Assembly (NCBI GenBank): GCA_963718615.1
Contig: OY970368.1
Span: 1,120,001 to 1,184,000, forward strand
Reading direction: 5' to 3'
DNA length: 64,000 nt
Source of the DNA: an uncultured cyanobacterium
Lineage (GTDB): Bacteria; Cyanobacteriota; Cyanobacteriia; PCC-9006; JAAUQQ01
The notes below the pieces were generated by a model. That model was given only the letters and a program-made list of their open reading frames with translations. It was not told where the DNA came from and did no database searches. Positions 8,715 through 20,632 of the stretch are shown one piece after another; the stretch's first letter is position 1; each line of letters begins with the position of its first letter. The position numbers and the translations under genes were made by a program.

Positions 8715-11465
8715 ATGGATCTGATTCTCTGCCACACCACCGCCGATTTCGACACCCTCGGAGCCGCTGTCGGGATGACCCAGCTCCTGCCTGGCGCTCG
8801 CATTGTTTTGACCGGCGGAGCCCATCCCGCCGTGCGCGATTTTCTGGCGCTCCATCGTGACGAATATCCCCTGATCGAACGCCGCGCCGTCAAGCCAGAA
8901 CAAATCCGCACCCTGGTAATCGTCGATGCCCAACAGCGATCGCGCCTCGGAAAATCCGCCGAATGGCTTGATCTCCCCCAAGTCGATCGCATTCTGGTCT
9001 ATGACCACCACCTGGATAGTGATTGTGATCTAGCCTCCCCCCCCCAACCCGAGACCCATTGCGAATTGCAAATTGAAGCCGTGGGGGCAACGACGACGTT
9101 GATCGTTGAGAAATTGCGATCGCTCAACCTCAACCTCGATCCCTTTGCCGCCACCGTCATGGCCCTAGGGATTCATGTGGATACGGGGTCCCTCACCTTT
9201 GCCCATTCCACCCCTCGGGATGCAGAGGCGATCGCCTGGTTGATGCGCCAAGGTGCCCATGTGGATGCCCTATCAGAATATATCGACCCCGGTTTCTCCA
9301 CCGAGGTACAAGGGGTTCTTAGCCAGGCGTTGGAACATTTGGGGACCGAAACCTACCACGGTCAGGCGATTTCGCGGGTACTGTTACCCGTCCAGGGATA
9401 TATCGGTGGGCTATCGAGTTTAGCGTCGGAACTGCTGGCGCTGACGGCGAGCGATGGGGTGCTCCTGGGGGTCTATTATCCCGTCGGGGAAGACGAGCAG
9501 GAGGTGCGGCTGACGGTGATTGGGCGATCGCAAATTGAAGGTCCCAATCTGGGCCAGATCTTTCAGCGTTGGGGCGGCGGAGGGCACGCCAAGGCGGCGG
9601 CGATGACGCTGCGCGGGGTTGAGGTAGAACCAATTTGGCATGAAATCTGGGAGTTGTTTCATCAACAAATTCCGGAGCCCCTAACCGCCAGGGATTTGAT
9701 GTCTTCGCCGGTACGCACGGTGCGGCCCGATACGCTGATCGAAGAGGCCCAGCGGATTTTACTGCGCTATGGCCATTCGGGGCTGTCGGTGGTGAATGAC
9801 CAAGATGCGTTGGTGGGAATCATTTCACGGCGGGACTTGGACTTGGCGCTGCACCATGGGTTTGGCCATGCGCCGGTCAAGGGCTACATGAGCCGCAATC
9901 TCAAGACGATCGCCCCAGAGGCTGGTTTGCCAGAAATTGAGCAGTTAATGGTGACTTACGATGTGGGGCGGCTGCCGGTGTTGGAGGCAGGACATTTAAT
10001 CGGCATTGTCACCCGTACCGATGTGCTGCGGACCCGCTACCAGGGAACGCTGGCCACCGAAGCCCAATCCACGAGTCCAGAGTTTCCTAGCCCTGAGCCG
10101 ATCAACGCACAACTCAAGGCTCGCCTGCTGCCACAACTCTGGCACCTGCTGGAAACCGCTGCGGCCTATGCCCATCACCGGGGCTGGCATCTTTATTTGG
10201 TGGGTGGCGGCGTGCGCGATCTGCTATTGGCGGATCCCCAGGAGCCATTGTTGCTGAGCGACGTTGACTTGGTGGTTGATGGCTTTCATCACTCGCTCAC
10301 AGAAGCCGCCGGGGTTGAACTGGCCACAGCCCTGCAGCAGACCTATCCGGCGGCTCGTCTGGAGGTGCATGGCAAATTTCAAACCGCAGCGCTGCTTTGG
10401 CACAATGACCCGATGTTTCAGTCCCTTTGGATTGATGTGGCAACGTCCCGCACGGAATTTTATCCCTATCCGGCGGCGAATCCTGAAGTGGAAGCCAGCT
10501 CGATTCGACAGGATCTCTATCGGCGGGATTTCACGATTAATGCCTTGGCGCTACAACTGACGCCGCCGCGAACCGGTGCCCTGCTAGATTTTTTTGGGGG
10601 ATTGTTGGACTTGCGCGATCGCCTCGTGCGAGTCCTCCATGCCAACAGTTTTATCGAAGACCCCACCCGAATTTATCGAGCGGTGCGATTTGCCGTGCGA
10701 CTGGGGTTTGCCATTGAGCCCCAGACCCGTGAATACATCACCTACGCGCTGGATAGTGGGGTGTATGAACGGATTCAGGGGGAAAATGCGATCGCCCCCG
10801 CCCTCCAAACCCGTCTCAGGGCGGAGCTAGAATACATCCTCGAAGCGGGCTACTGGCAAGCTGCCCTAAAGTTGCTAGGAGAACTCGATGCCCTACGCTG
10901 TTTGCACCCGACGCTACACCTGACGCCAGCACTGTGGAAACGAATTCGGTTAGTGAATCGCGGTATTCAGCGGGTGCAGCAGCCCCCAACGGAAACACCG
11001 TTGACCCCTTGGCGAATGCGGCTCGAAGTGTTGCTGGCAGAACTCCAGCCGGACTATCGCGGCATCGTTGCCCACAGGCTGCAGCTTCCCGCTGATAGCA
11101 TTCGGCGGCTAGAGCATCTGGCCACCGCTCACAGGGCTGTCCTCACCTCACTGCAACAGGCGCAACGTCCGAGCCAGATTTATCAAAGCCTGCTGCCCTA
11201 CGATGTGCCCACCCTCATGTTGATTGCAGCCCACTGTGATGCAGAGCCTCGGCGTCAAATTTGGCAGTATCTCACCCGCTGGATGAATGCCAAACCGCCC
11301 CTAGATGGCACGGATCTGAAGGCGATGGGATATAAACCGGGTAAGCAGTTTAAGGTCATGCTGGACTGGGTGATGGCGGTTTATTTGGATGAGGAACTGA
11401 GTCTGTTCCCCACGGAGCTCAAGCAGCACCTGCAACAGCGCCTACAGCAGCACTATCCGCTTTGA
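8715..11465 (+). CDS. DHH-CBS-nucleotidyltransferase (A-adding tRNA nucleotidyltransferase)
   Basis: DHH, GGGGH, two CBS domains, LVGGGVRD, DVDLVV, RRDFTINA, EDPTRIYRAVRF. Confidence 0.9.
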   Translation: MDLILCHTTADFDTLGAAVGMTQLLPGARIVLTGGAHPAVRDFLALHRDEYPLIERRAVKPEQIRTLVIVDAQQRSRLGKSAEWLDLPQVDRILVYDHHLDSDCDLASPPQPETHCELQIEAVGATTTLIVEKLRSLNLNLDPFAATVMALGIHVDTGSLTFAHSTPRDAEAIAWLMRQGAHVDALSEYIDPGFSTEVQGVLSQALEHLGTETYHGQAISRVLLPVQGYIGGLSSLASELLALTASDGVLLGVYYPVGEDEQEVRLTVIGRSQIEGPNLGQIFQRWGGGGHAKAAAMTLRGVEVEPIWHEIWELFHQQIPEPLTARDLMSSPVRTVRPDTLIEEAQRILLRYGHSGLSVVNDQDALVGIISRRDLDLALHHGFGHAPVKGYMSRNLKTIAPEAGLPEIEQLMVTYDVGRLPVLEAGHLIGIVTRTDVLRTRYQGTLATEAQSTSPEFPSPEPINAQLKARLLPQLWHLLETAAAYAHHRGWHLYLVGGGVRDLLLADPQEPLLLSDVDLVVDGFHHSLTEAAGVELATALQQTYPAARLEVHGKFQTAALLWHNDPMFQSLWIDVATSRTEFYPYPAANPEVEASSIRQDLYRRDFTINALALQLTPPRTGALLDFFGGLLDLRDRLVRVLHANSFIEDPTRIYRAVRFAVRLGFAIEPQTREYITYALDSGVYERIQGENAIAPALQTRLRAELEYILEAGYWQAALKLLGELDALRCLHPTLHLTPALWKRIRLVNRGIQRVQQPPTETPLTPWRMRLEVLLAELQPDYRGIVAHRLQLPADSIRRLEHLATAHRAVLTSLQQAQRPSQIYQSLLPYDVPTLMLIAAHCDAEPRRQIWQYLTRWMNAKPPLDGTDLKAMGYKPGKQFKVMLDWVMAVYLDEELSLFPTELKQHLQQRLQQHYPL

Positions 11466-11555
11466 CCCAATTGCTGAAAGCCTCACCCTAGTTTTATCTA
11501 ACCCTAGTCCTATCTTAAAATTTTAGGAGAGTTCTAGGGCCGTTCTAGAGCAGTT

Positions 11556-12092
11556 CTATCGTAGCTTTTCAGTGGCATTGACCAACGCTTCGGCAAACTG
11601 GTCCAGCCGCGCCGAAAGCTTGGCATCCTTGAGCTTTCCGTCTGGATCAAACGCCTGCCAAGCTTGGCCGATCGCCACTTGCTCCGGAATCATCCAGGCA
11701 TGGACCCAACGCAGAATCGTCCGTAAATCATTGAGCGCATTATTGTTACTTTGCCCTCCCAACACACTGATCGCCCCAGTGACCTTGCCCTCTAGGTGCT
11801 CAAAACTCATCAAATCCAGGGCATTTTTGAGGACACCGCTCACGCTGCCATGGTATTCCGGTGTGGCCAAGACCAAGGCATCCGCTGCCTTGACCGTTGC
11901 TTGCAGCCGCGCCACATCCGGAAAGGCGCTGTAATCATCCCCACCGTGGCAAAAGGGGAGCGTCATCTCGCGCAAATCTAAAATCTCTGTTTCCGCTCCC
12001 AAGGCCGCAAGCCGCTGCATGACCAATCCTAAGGCCTGATAACTCGAAGAATTGGGCCGTAAACTTCCGCCAATGCCGACAATCTTGACCAT
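11556..12092 (-). CDS. NADPH-dependent FMN reductase
   Basis: GSLRPNS and PEYHGSVSGVLKNALD motifs. Confidence 0.92.
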   Translation of the reverse strand: MVKIVGIGGSLRPNSSSYQALGLVMQRLAALGAETEILDLREMTLPFCHGGDDYSAFPDVARLQATVKAADALVLATPEYHGSVSGVLKNALDLMSFEHLEGKVTGAISVLGGQSNNNALNDLRTILRWVHAWMIPEQVAIGQAWQAFDPDGKLKDAKLSARLDQFAEALVNATEKLR

Positions 12093-12242
12093 GGTGTTAC
12101 CCTCCTGAGGCTTATTTCTCATAATCATAACGACTTCGTCTAAGCCTGTCGAGCCCGTAGCACCACGGAGAATCGACAACCCTCTAGCAGACAGCGCTAG
12201 ACTAGGGAAAGCTTTTTATTTCGCACCCCAATTCCTTAGGCT

Positions 12243-14411
12243 ATGAAACGTTCTCGGCAACCCCGTTGGTCTCAGCGTCCGAATCATCAGCAATCTGCTT
12301 CGCCTGCTCAGCAAGGGCAGCGTTGGATGAAAGGAGGTTCGGTTCTGGGGATAACCCTGGGCTGGATGCTGTTGCAAGGGTTGGGGGGAGGCGTGATGGC
12401 GCAGTCAGCGCCGAAAACCGGAGCTGGATCCTTAGGGGCTGGATCCTTGGCTCAGAATCAACCCCAGCCTACGGCTGACGTGGCTACGCCTCTGCCGACG
12501 GCAGAGGCCGTTCCCGCTGCGGGTCAGAATGTCCCTGATGCGGCCTCCGAGACGGAGCCCAATGCGGCTCCCAATGCAGTTCCCAATGCAGTCCCCAGCA
12601 GTCCGAATACCTCGGCGCAGCCTTCGTCGGGGCCGACCTACAGCCAATTGCTCAAGGATATTGATGCCCAGAAGGTCAAAGGCCTAGAGTATGACCCAGT
12701 GCAGGATGTGGCGCGGGCCTATTACAAAAGCAATCCGGCCCAGGAGGTTGTGATTTCGTTGCCTCCGCGTCCCACGGAGCTCTACGATGCCGAACGGCTG
12801 CGGGTCTCTGGCGTGGATTTTACGGTTCAGCCCACCGCTGACAATAGCGATAAGCTCGTGCTGTTGGCGAATCTGATGCTGTTTTTGATCTTGATCTTTG
12901 CGGTGATGATGATCATCCGGCGATCGGCAGGGGCAGCCAATCAGGCAATGAGTTTTGGTAAGTCTAAGGCCCGGTTCCAGATGGAAGCCAAAACCGGTGT
13001 GACCTTTGAGGATGTTGCGGGGGTAGAAGAGGCGAAGGAGGAGCTGGCAGAGGTGGTTTCGTTCCTCAAGCAGCCTGAAAAATTTACGGCGATCGGGGCC
13101 AAAATTCCCAAGGGGATGCTGTTGGTGGGGCCGCCGGGAACGGGGAAGACTTTGTTGGCGAAGGCGATCGCCGGAGAAGCGGGTGTGCCCTTCTTCAGCA
13201 TTTCCGGCTCAGAATTTGTCGAAATGTTTGTTGGTGTCGGGGCCTCGCGGGTACGGGATCTGTTTCGTAAGGCGAAGGAAAACCGGCCCTGCTTGATTTT
13301 TATTGATGAAATTGATGCGGTGGGTCGCCAGCGGGGCACGGGCATTGGCGGTGGCAATGACGAGCGTGAACAAACCCTCAACCAACTCCTGACTGAGATG
13401 GATGGCTTTGAGGACAATTCTGGAATTATCATCATCGCGGCGACGAACCGCCCGGATGTTTTGGATGCAGCATTATTGCGGCCCGGTCGATTTGATCGTC
13501 AGGTTGTCGTGGATTTGCCCAGCTACAACGGGCGTCTGGGCATTTTGGAAGTCCATGCCCGCAGCAAGAAAATCGCCAGCGATGTCTCCCTCAAGCAAAT
13601 TGCGCGGCGCACCCCTGGTTTCTCCGGCGCGGATTTGGCAAACCTGCTCAACGAAGCGGCCATTCTCACCGCCCGTCGCCACAAGGAAGCCGCCACCATG
13701 GACGAGGTGAACGATGCCATCGACCGCATCACCATCGGCATGACGCTGACGCCGCTCCTAGACAGCAAGAAAAAGCGGCTGATTGCCTACCACGAGGTCG
13801 GCCATGCCATGCTGATGACGCTCTGCAAGCATTCGGATTTGCTCGACAAAGTGACGATTATTCCGCGCTCCGGCGGGGTTGGCGGTTTTGCCAAATCCGT
13901 GCCCAATGAAGACGTGATCGATAGTGGTCTTTACACGCGGGCCTATATGCTCGATCGCCTAATTGTGGCCATGGGGGGTCGTGCTGCCGAAAAGGTCGTC
14001 TTTGGGGATGATGAAGTCACGTCTGGAGCCTCATCGGACATTCGATTTGTGACGAATCTGGCGCGGGAGATGGTCACCAAGTACGGCATGTCGTCCCTGG
14101 GTCCGGTGGCCCTCGAAAGCTCTGGCAGCGAAATTTTCCTAGGGCGCGACCTGATGAACTCCCGTCCGGAATATTCCGAGGATATGGCCATTCAGATCGA
14201 TCGCCAGATCCGCTCCCTGGCTGCCCAAGCCTATGAAGAAGCCTGCAACACCCTTTCAGAGCACCGTTTAGCCCTCGATCGCCTGGTGGAAGTGCTCGCG
14301 GAACAGGAGAGTATTGATGGGGAAGATTTCCGCCAAATTCTCTCCGAATTTACCGAGGTTCCGAAGAAATCGGGTGCGGTGCCCAAGGATGCAGCACCCG
14401 TGGAGGTCTAA
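12243..14411 (+). CDS. ftsH: ATP-dependent zinc metalloprotease FtsH
   Basis: [20 protein letters not shown] region, HEVGH. Confidence 0.97.
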   Translation: MKRSRQPRWSQRPNHQQSASPAQQGQRWMKGGSVLGITLGWMLLQGLGGGVMAQSAPKTGAGSLGAGSLAQNQPQPTADVATPLPTAEAVPAAGQNVPDAASETEPNAAPNAVPNAVPSSPNTSAQPSSGPTYSQLLKDIDAQKVKGLEYDPVQDVARAYYKSNPAQEVVISLPPRPTELYDAERLRVSGVDFTVQPTADNSDKLVLLANLMLFLILIFAVMMIIRRSAGAANQAMSFGKSKARFQMEAKTGVTFEDVAGVEEAKEELAEVVSFLKQPEKFTAIGAKIPKGMLLVGPPGTGKTLLAKAIAGEAGVPFFSISGSEFVEMFVGVGASRVRDLFRKAKENRPCLIFIDEIDAVGRQRGTGIGGGNDEREQTLNQLLTEMDGFEDNSGIIIIAATNRPDVLDAALLRPGRFDRQVVVDLPSYNGRLGILEVHARSKKIASDVSLKQIARRTPGFSGADLANLLNEAAILTARRHKEAATMDEVNDAIDRITIGMTLTPLLDSKKKRLIAYHEVGHAMLMTLCKHSDLLDKVTIIPRSGGVGGFAKSVPNEDVIDSGLYTRAYMLDRLIVAMGGRAAEKVVFGDDEVTSGASSDIRFVTNLAREMVTKYGMSSLGPVALESSGSEIFLGRDLMNSRPEYSEDMAIQIDRQIRSLAAQAYEEACNTLSEHRLALDRLVEVLAEQESIDGEDFRQILSEFTEVPKKSGAVPKDAAPVEV

Positions 14412-14511
14412 TCAATTTTGAAGGGGGATTTAAAACCAAGCCTAACCTCTTTAAAATTGGCACAATCACTATGAAATCGAGGTTTGCTTCGATTTTCAGG
14501 AGTATCGTGCC

Positions 14512-16323
14512 ATGGCTCAGTCCCCCCCGAAGCCTTCCCAGACCTGGGATCTGTCGGATTTGTATCAAGGGTTGGCGGATCAGCGGCTTCAGGCCGATCT
14601 AACGGCGCTGCAAGAGGAAGCGATGGGGTTTCGCGATCGCTACTACCAAACCCTAGCCACCCGCACCCCTGCTGAAATCTTGGCGGGGGTGCAAGCGTTG
14701 GAGGGCATCCTGGAAAAATCGGGCTATCTCTATGCCTATCCCTCGCTGAGGTTTGCGGCGGATACCCGCGATCGCCCCGCCCAACAGGCCCTAGACCAAC
14801 TGCTCGAACAGCTCACCGCCCTGGAAAATCAAGTTTTATTTTTCCTTCTGGAACTCAAAGACCTCTCAGCTCAGCAATTTTCTCAGCTCGAACAGGCCCC
14901 TGAGCTGCGTCCCTATCAGCATTATTTCCATAGCCTAGCCCTGGCGCGTCCCCACAAACTGCCTGAGGCCGTCGAGCAAACCCGTAATCAAATGGCCTTG
15001 ACGGGGCGACAGTCCCTGATTCAGCTACGCGCCGTCCACCAGGGAGAGTTGGAATATGAGCCGGTGAGGTTGCCCGATGGGGCGATCGCCACCACCGAAG
15101 CCGAACTCAATGCCCTGCTCTTTCATGCCGATGCAACCTTGCGGCGCAAAGCCTACGAATCCGTCCGTCGGGTGTTGCAGGAGCATAACTCGCTCTACGG
15201 CTTTATCCTCAATACCCTGGCCCAAGACCATCGCATCGAAAATCAAATGCGGGGGTATCCCTCCACGTTGGCCAAGCAGTTGTTGTTGGATCAGGTGTCG
15301 GAGTCTGTCTTTCACGCCATTATGGACGGCACCGCCCGGCGCTTTGATTTGTTTCAGCGCTACTATCGGCTCAAGGGCAAAGCCCTCGGTCAGCGCACCC
15401 AAATTAGCGATATCTATGCCCCTTGGCCCCAGGCAAACCCGATGACGGTGGACTACGAGACCGGTGTAGAAATGCTGCTAGCGGCCCTCGGTCAGTTTGA
15501 TCCCCATTATGGGGCGCAGGCCGAAGTCTTTTTTCGCAAAAACTGGGTGGATGCTCAAGTGCGTCCGGGAAAACGCAGCGGTGCATTTTGTTCGTTTATC
15601 TATGGAAAACACAGCTATTTGCTGTTGTCTTATACCGAGGACTACGACTCGTTGTTTACCCTAGCCCACGAGATGGGCCATGGTTTACATTTTGCTTGGT
15701 CGGGCGATCGCCAGTCCTATTTCAACAGCCATCCGCCCATGATTCTCGCGGAAATTGCCTCCACGTTTAACGAGCTGTTGCTCTTAGATTATTGGCTCCA
15801 ACAGGCCTCTGAGGATTGGGGCTTGAGGCGATCGCTCCTCACCCGTCAGATCGAAGATCAGCTCAATTTACTCTTTCGCCAAAGCACGATTAGCCGGTTA
15901 GAATTGGCCATCCATGAACGGGCCATGACCGGTAGTTTTGATGCAACCTTTGTCAATCAAACCTGGCAGGAACTCTATGGTCAGCTCTGCGGCGAGGCCA
16001 TCGATCTCCTGCCGGTGCATCAATACGATTGGGCACGCATTGGTCATATCTTCTTTAAGCCCTATTACTGCTACCAATACACGGCCTCCACTATCGTTAG
16101 CCTAGCCTGTTATCAACAGTATCGTGAAGTCGGCAAAGCCTTTATTCCGGGCTATTTAGAATTGCTTGCCGCCGGTGGCAGCCTAGACCAAGTGGGCGCG
16201 TTGAAAAAATTTGTCGGGGTCGATTTGGAAGACCCCCAGACCATTGCCCAGGCCCTCGGCTATGTGGAAGACCTGATTCAATCCCTCGAAGCCCTCTGGG
16301 AAACCGAGCCAGGAGCAGATTAG
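14512..16323 (+). CDS. pepF: M3B oligoendopeptidase F
   Basis: WDLSDLY, GKRSGAFC, HEMGH, AEIASTFNE. Confidence 0.9.
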   Translation: MAQSPPKPSQTWDLSDLYQGLADQRLQADLTALQEEAMGFRDRYYQTLATRTPAEILAGVQALEGILEKSGYLYAYPSLRFAADTRDRPAQQALDQLLEQLTALENQVLFFLLELKDLSAQQFSQLEQAPELRPYQHYFHSLALARPHKLPEAVEQTRNQMALTGRQSLIQLRAVHQGELEYEPVRLPDGAIATTEAELNALLFHADATLRRKAYESVRRVLQEHNSLYGFILNTLAQDHRIENQMRGYPSTLAKQLLLDQVSESVFHAIMDGTARRFDLFQRYYRLKGKALGQRTQISDIYAPWPQANPMTVDYETGVEMLLAALGQFDPHYGAQAEVFFRKNWVDAQVRPGKRSGAFCSFIYGKHSYLLLSYTEDYDSLFTLAHEMGHGLHFAWSGDRQSYFNSHPPMILAEIASTFNELLLLDYWLQQASEDWGLRRSLLTRQIEDQLNLLFRQSTISRLELAIHERAMTGSFDATFVNQTWQELYGQLCGEAIDLLPVHQYDWARIGHIFFKPYYCYQYTASTIVSLACYQQYREVGKAFIPGYLELLAAGGSLDQVGALKKFVGVDLEDPQTIAQALGYVEDLIQSLEALWETEPGAD

Positions 16324-16372
16324 GATATAAAGCCTAGCTAGGCACCACCATTTTGGGGATTGATCGCAGACC

Positions 16373-18127
16373 ATGGGCAACCCAGGGCTCTTACTCATTT
16401 GCTTTGTCGTTGGACTGGGGCTGCGGCTGTTGTGCCTGGATGCCAAACCCGTTTGGGCCGATGAATGGACGACATTTGTCTTTAGCCTGGGCCATAGCTT
16501 TCGGGGGTTGCCCTTCAATCAATTGCTGTCGATGGACCAACTCCTCGCACCGGTCAAGCTCGATACCGCCACCCTCGGGGAGGGGATTGGGCATCTCATG
16601 GCCGAAAGTACCCATCCGCCGCTCTATTTTGCCCTCTCTTCTGTCTGGATGCAGCTCTGGCAGCGGCCTGGAGAGCTGGTTTCTCCCTGGGTTGGGCGAT
16701 CGCTCAGTGCGTTGTTTGGGGCGATCGCCATTCCCTTGGCCTACCTTCTGGCCCGCCGTCTGGGCCAGCCACCGCGCGTGGCTCACCTGGCCGCTTGGCT
16801 GATGGCCGTTTCGCCCTTTGGGATTTATTTGGCCCAGGATGCGCGGCACTATACCCTGGCGTTACTCTGGGCAATGGTTTCGCTGGGTTGTTTTGTGCGA
16901 GCCTGGGAAGCCGTTGGGCAACCCTCCCCCCCCGACAAACGGCGGTTTACGCCCCTCGTCTGGCTCTGGATCGGGGTCAATGGCCTCGGGTTTGCCACCC
17001 ATTATGTCTTTGCGCTGTTGATGGCGGCCCAGGGATTAGCCTTGGGGCTGCGCTGGGTCTGGCAAGGGGTGGGGGTGGGACGGGTTGGCAAAAGGGGGCA
17101 GGATGGTTCGCCAATGCTCTGGAATCAAGCCTGGAATCGAGCTTGGAATCGAATCTGCAATCGAGCTTGGCAGCGGGTGGCGATCGCCGCCCTAGGGTCA
17201 TTATTCAGCCTGTTGCCCTGGAGCGGTTTCCTCGCGCGATCCGCCAACAGCGAACTCACCCGTTGGGTCAACCAAAAACTCTCGGGACTGGCGCTGCTGG
17301 AACCCTTGGGACGGTTGCTGAGCTGGCTGATCGCCATGGTAGGGGCTGTGCCGGTGGAACAGGTGCCCTTGGGCCTTGTCATTCCCGGTGTTCTGCTGTT
17401 GTTGGGAAGTTTGGCTTGGTTGCTACCCCAGATCACGCAAGGACTCCGGCAATCCCTCTCGGCCTCCAACCCCGTGACCCAGGCGTTGCTAGCGATCGGT
17501 GCTGCCCAACTGGCCATCCTGCTGGGACTGGCCTGGTTTTTTCATCAAGACCTGACACTTAGCCCTCGCTACGCCTTTCCGCTGTTGCCTATCACTGGAC
17601 TGCTGTTGGCGATCGCCCTTCATACCCTCTGGCCCCAATCGCGGCGGGCGATCGCCCTGCTCCTCCTCCTGGGGCTTTGCGGCAGCCTCAGCGTCAGCTT
17701 CGACTTTGCCTTTCAAAAACCCGATCGCCCGGACCAAGTCGTGCAAGATATCCGGGACTTTTATCGCGAGTGGGAAGCTAAAACCGGCGAACCCTGGACC
17801 TCACGCCCCCTCGTCCTGGCCATTACCCACAAAACCCACTCTGAAACCAGCAAAATGATGGGAATTGCCTGGGAATGGCAGAAACCGTTGAGCGGTATTG
17901 GATCGGGAATTCAGCCCCCTCAATTTCTCCTGATTCAACGCAATCCCTATACTTTTTATGCCACCCGAGGGTTGCGAGAGGCCACGGCTGATTTGCCTCG
18001 TCCGTTTGAGCTTTGGCTGGTGAACTTTTCCGCAACCCCTGGTTTTCGATTGCTCGACTGTACGATGGAAAAAACGGTCAAATACCGGGCTCCCGGCTAT
18101 CACTACAAACGTCATGTTTGCTATTAA
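16373..18127 (+). CDS. GT39/PMT-like membrane glycosyltransferase
   Basis: WADE, HPPLY and AQDARHY motifs; many TM segments. Confidence 0.8.
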   Translation: MGNPGLLLICFVVGLGLRLLCLDAKPVWADEWTTFVFSLGHSFRGLPFNQLLSMDQLLAPVKLDTATLGEGIGHLMAESTHPPLYFALSSVWMQLWQRPGELVSPWVGRSLSALFGAIAIPLAYLLARRLGQPPRVAHLAAWLMAVSPFGIYLAQDARHYTLALLWAMVSLGCFVRAWEAVGQPSPPDKRRFTPLVWLWIGVNGLGFATHYVFALLMAAQGLALGLRWVWQGVGVGRVGKRGQDGSPMLWNQAWNRAWNRICNRAWQRVAIAALGSLFSLLPWSGFLARSANSELTRWVNQKLSGLALLEPLGRLLSWLIAMVGAVPVEQVPLGLVIPGVLLLLGSLAWLLPQITQGLRQSLSASNPVTQALLAIGAAQLAILLGLAWFFHQDLTLSPRYAFPLLPITGLLLAIALHTLWPQSRRAIALLLLLGLCGSLSVSFDFAFQKPDRPDQVVQDIRDFYREWEAKTGEPWTSRPLVLAITHKTHSETSKMMGIAWEWQKPLSGIGSGIQPPQFLLIQRNPYTFYATRGLREATADLPRPFELWLVNFSATPGFRLLDCTMEKTVKYRAPGYHYKRHVCY

Positions 18128-18740
18128 CGAGTCGCTCCGTCTCCCGGAGGCAGACCTTGAGTTGGATTCCCAATTTATTCCCGCAGTAGAAGCGGATGTC
18201 ATTTTGGAGCAGTTGCTCAGCGACATTGACTGGCAGCAGCGATCGATCACCCTCTTTGGCAAAACCATTCCCCAGCCCCGCCTGACGGCCTGGTACGGTG
18301 ACCCAGGGGCAGCCTACCGCTACTCGGGCCTTTACTGGGAACCCCTGCCTTGGACGCCGCTGTTGCGATCGCTCAAAAACCGGATCGAACAACAGACTGG
18401 GCTGACCTTTAACAGCGTGTTGCTCAATTTATATCGCCATGGCCAAGACAGCATGGGATGGCATAGCGATGATGAGCCAGAATTAGGCAAAAATCCGGCG
18501 ATCGCCTCCCTCAGTTTTGGAGCCAGCCGTCGCTTTCTCCTACGCCACCGACAGGATAAAACACTCAAACAGACCCTCCATCTGGGCCACGGCAGCTTAC
18601 TCTTGATGAAAGGCGAGACGCAACACCATTGGCACCATCAGCTTCCGAAAACCCCGCAAATCGACCAACCTCGGGTCAATCTAACCTTTCGTCAAATCGT
18701 CGGCCTGGTTCCAGCCTCGGGAAAGGGATCAACGACCTAG
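18114..18740 (+). CDS. AlkB-like 2OG-Fe(II) dioxygenase
   Basis: PRLTAWYGD, HSDDE, H...RVNLTFR. Confidence 0.92.
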   Translation: MFAINESLRLPEADLELDSQFIPAVEADVILEQLLSDIDWQQRSITLFGKTIPQPRLTAWYGDPGAAYRYSGLYWEPLPWTPLLRSLKNRIEQQTGLTFNSVLLNLYRHGQDSMGWHSDDEPELGKNPAIASLSFGASRRFLLRHRQDKTLKQTLHLGHGSLLLMKGETQHHWHHQLPKTPQIDQPRVNLTFRQIVGLVPASGKGSTT

Positions 18741-18875
18741 GCGAGAATAACAGCCCTCTTGCAGGTATCGAGATTACTATGGGGACAACTCTAGAGAAAA
18801 ACGTTTCGCAGATATCCGGCATCGCGATCGCTCCGTCTTCAAGGTTTGCACCCCATTCCATAGGCTGAAACCGTC

Positions 18876-20471
18876 ATGAATGTTTTATTGCTCTATCCTC
18901 GCTTTCCCAAAAGCTTTTGGTCCTTTGAAAAAACCTTGGCCTTGCTCGATCGCAAAGCGATGCTGCCGCCCCTGGGGCTGGTGACCGTGGCGGCGATTTT
19001 GCCCCAGACCTGGGAATTTAAGCTGGTCGATCGCAATGTGCGGACGGTGACCGAAGCGGAATGGGCCTGGGCGGATCTGGTGATTCTGTCGGCCATGATT
19101 GTGCAAAAAGAAGACCTGCTTGAGCAAATTCGCGAAGCCAAACGCCGCCACAAGCGCGTTGCAGTGGGTGGACCTTATCCCACCGCGCTCCCCAACGAAG
19201 CGGCTGGGGCCGGGGCCGATTATCTGATTTTGGATGAAGGTGAAATTACGCTGCCGCTGTTTGTGGCGGCGATCGAACGGGGAGAAACTTCAGGGACGTT
19301 TCGGTCCGAGGGGGAGAAGCCGGACGTGAGCCTAACGCCTATTCCTCGCTTTGAGCTGCTAGAGTTCGATGCCTACGCTGAAATGTCCGTGCAGTTCTCG
19401 CGGGGCTGTCCCTTCCAATGCGAATTTTGCGACATCATCGTTCTCTATGGTCGAAAACCGCGCACCAAAACCCCAGGGCAACTTTTAGCTGAACTCGATC
19501 GCCTCTACGAATTGGGCTGGCGACGCAGCATTTTCATGGTTGATGATAATTTCATTGGCAATAAACGCAACGTCAAGCTCTTTCTTCAGGAGCTTTTGCC
19601 CTGGATGGTTGAGCATGAATATCCCTTTTCCTTTGCCACCGAAGCATCTGTTGATTTGGCCCAGGATCCAGAGTTAATGAAACAAATGGTGGCCTGCAAT
19701 TTTGGGGCCGTGTTTCTGGGGATCGAAACCCCCGATGAAGCCAGCTTAACCCTGACCCAAAAACATCAAAACACCCGCGATTCCCTCAGCGAGGCCGTGC
19801 TGTCGATTACGCGGACCGGGCTACGGGTCATGGCTGGTTTTATTATTGGATTTGATGGGGAGGCGAAGGGAGCGGGCGATCGCATCGTCCAGTTTGTCGA
19901 ACAGACCGCCATTCCTACCGCATTGTTCAGCATGTTGCAAGCCCTCCCCGATACCGCGCTGTGGCATCGTCTGATCAAAGAGGAGCGTCTACGCAGCAAA
20001 GGGGCCAATATCAACCAAACCACGCTGATGAACTTTGTGCCCACGCGGCCTTTGGAAGAGATTGCCCGTGAGTATATTGATGCCTTTTGGCAACTCTATG
20101 ATCCTGAAAAGTTTCTCGATCGCACCTACCGTCACTATCGCCTGTTGGGGGAGGCCACCTATCCGAAAAAAGGGAAGCGATCGCGCAAACCCATCAACTG
20201 GATCACCCTTCGCGCACTCCTCACGATCGCTTGGCGACAGGGCGTTTGGCGTAAAACCCGCTGGCAGTTTTGGCGAAATCTTTGGCAAATGTTCCAGCAC
20301 AATCCCGGTGGGGTGAGTAGTTATTTGGCGGTTTGTGCGCAAATCGAGCATTTTTTGGAATATCGCCACATTGTTCGCGATGAAATTGAAGCGCAACTGG
20401 CCGCATTTTTGGCGGAGGAGGCAAGGCTCAAGGCGTTAGCGCCTGTCCCGGAATCCGTTGCGGCTTATTGA
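18876..20471 (+). CDS. B12-binding radical SAM protein (DUF4070 type)
   Basis: CPFQCEFC motif; N-terminal B12-binding domain. Confidence 0.92.
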   Translation: MNVLLLYPRFPKSFWSFEKTLALLDRKAMLPPLGLVTVAAILPQTWEFKLVDRNVRTVTEAEWAWADLVILSAMIVQKEDLLEQIREAKRRHKRVAVGGPYPTALPNEAAGAGADYLILDEGEITLPLFVAAIERGETSGTFRSEGEKPDVSLTPIPRFELLEFDAYAEMSVQFSRGCPFQCEFCDIIVLYGRKPRTKTPGQLLAELDRLYELGWRRSIFMVDDNFIGNKRNVKLFLQELLPWMVEHEYPFSFATEASVDLAQDPELMKQMVACNFGAVFLGIETPDEASLTLTQKHQNTRDSLSEAVLSITRTGLRVMAGFIIGFDGEAKGAGDRIVQFVEQTAIPTALFSMLQALPDTALWHRLIKEERLRSKGANINQTTLMNFVPTRPLEEIAREYIDAFWQLYDPEKFLDRTYRHYRLLGEATYPKKGKRSRKPINWITLRALLTIAWRQGVWRKTRWQFWRNLWQMFQHNPGGVSSYLAVCAQIEHFLEYRHIVRDEIEAQLAAFLAEEARLKALAPVPESVAAY

Positions 20472-20510
20472 CACGGCTGATTGACACGGCTGATTGACAC
20501 GGCTGATTGA
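20467..20510. repeat. 13-bp tandem repeat x3 over a stop codon
   Basis: (ATTGACACGGCTG)3. Confidence 0.9.
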
Positions 20511-20632
20511 AGGGTAAGGCTCCATTCCCTGGGGAGGAACCCTTCCCCCTCACCCTTCGTCAGGGCTTCGCATACCCTTTGGCAAAGCATCCACCGCTGC
20601 TGATTCCGATCCTGTCTTGAAAGGAGTACACC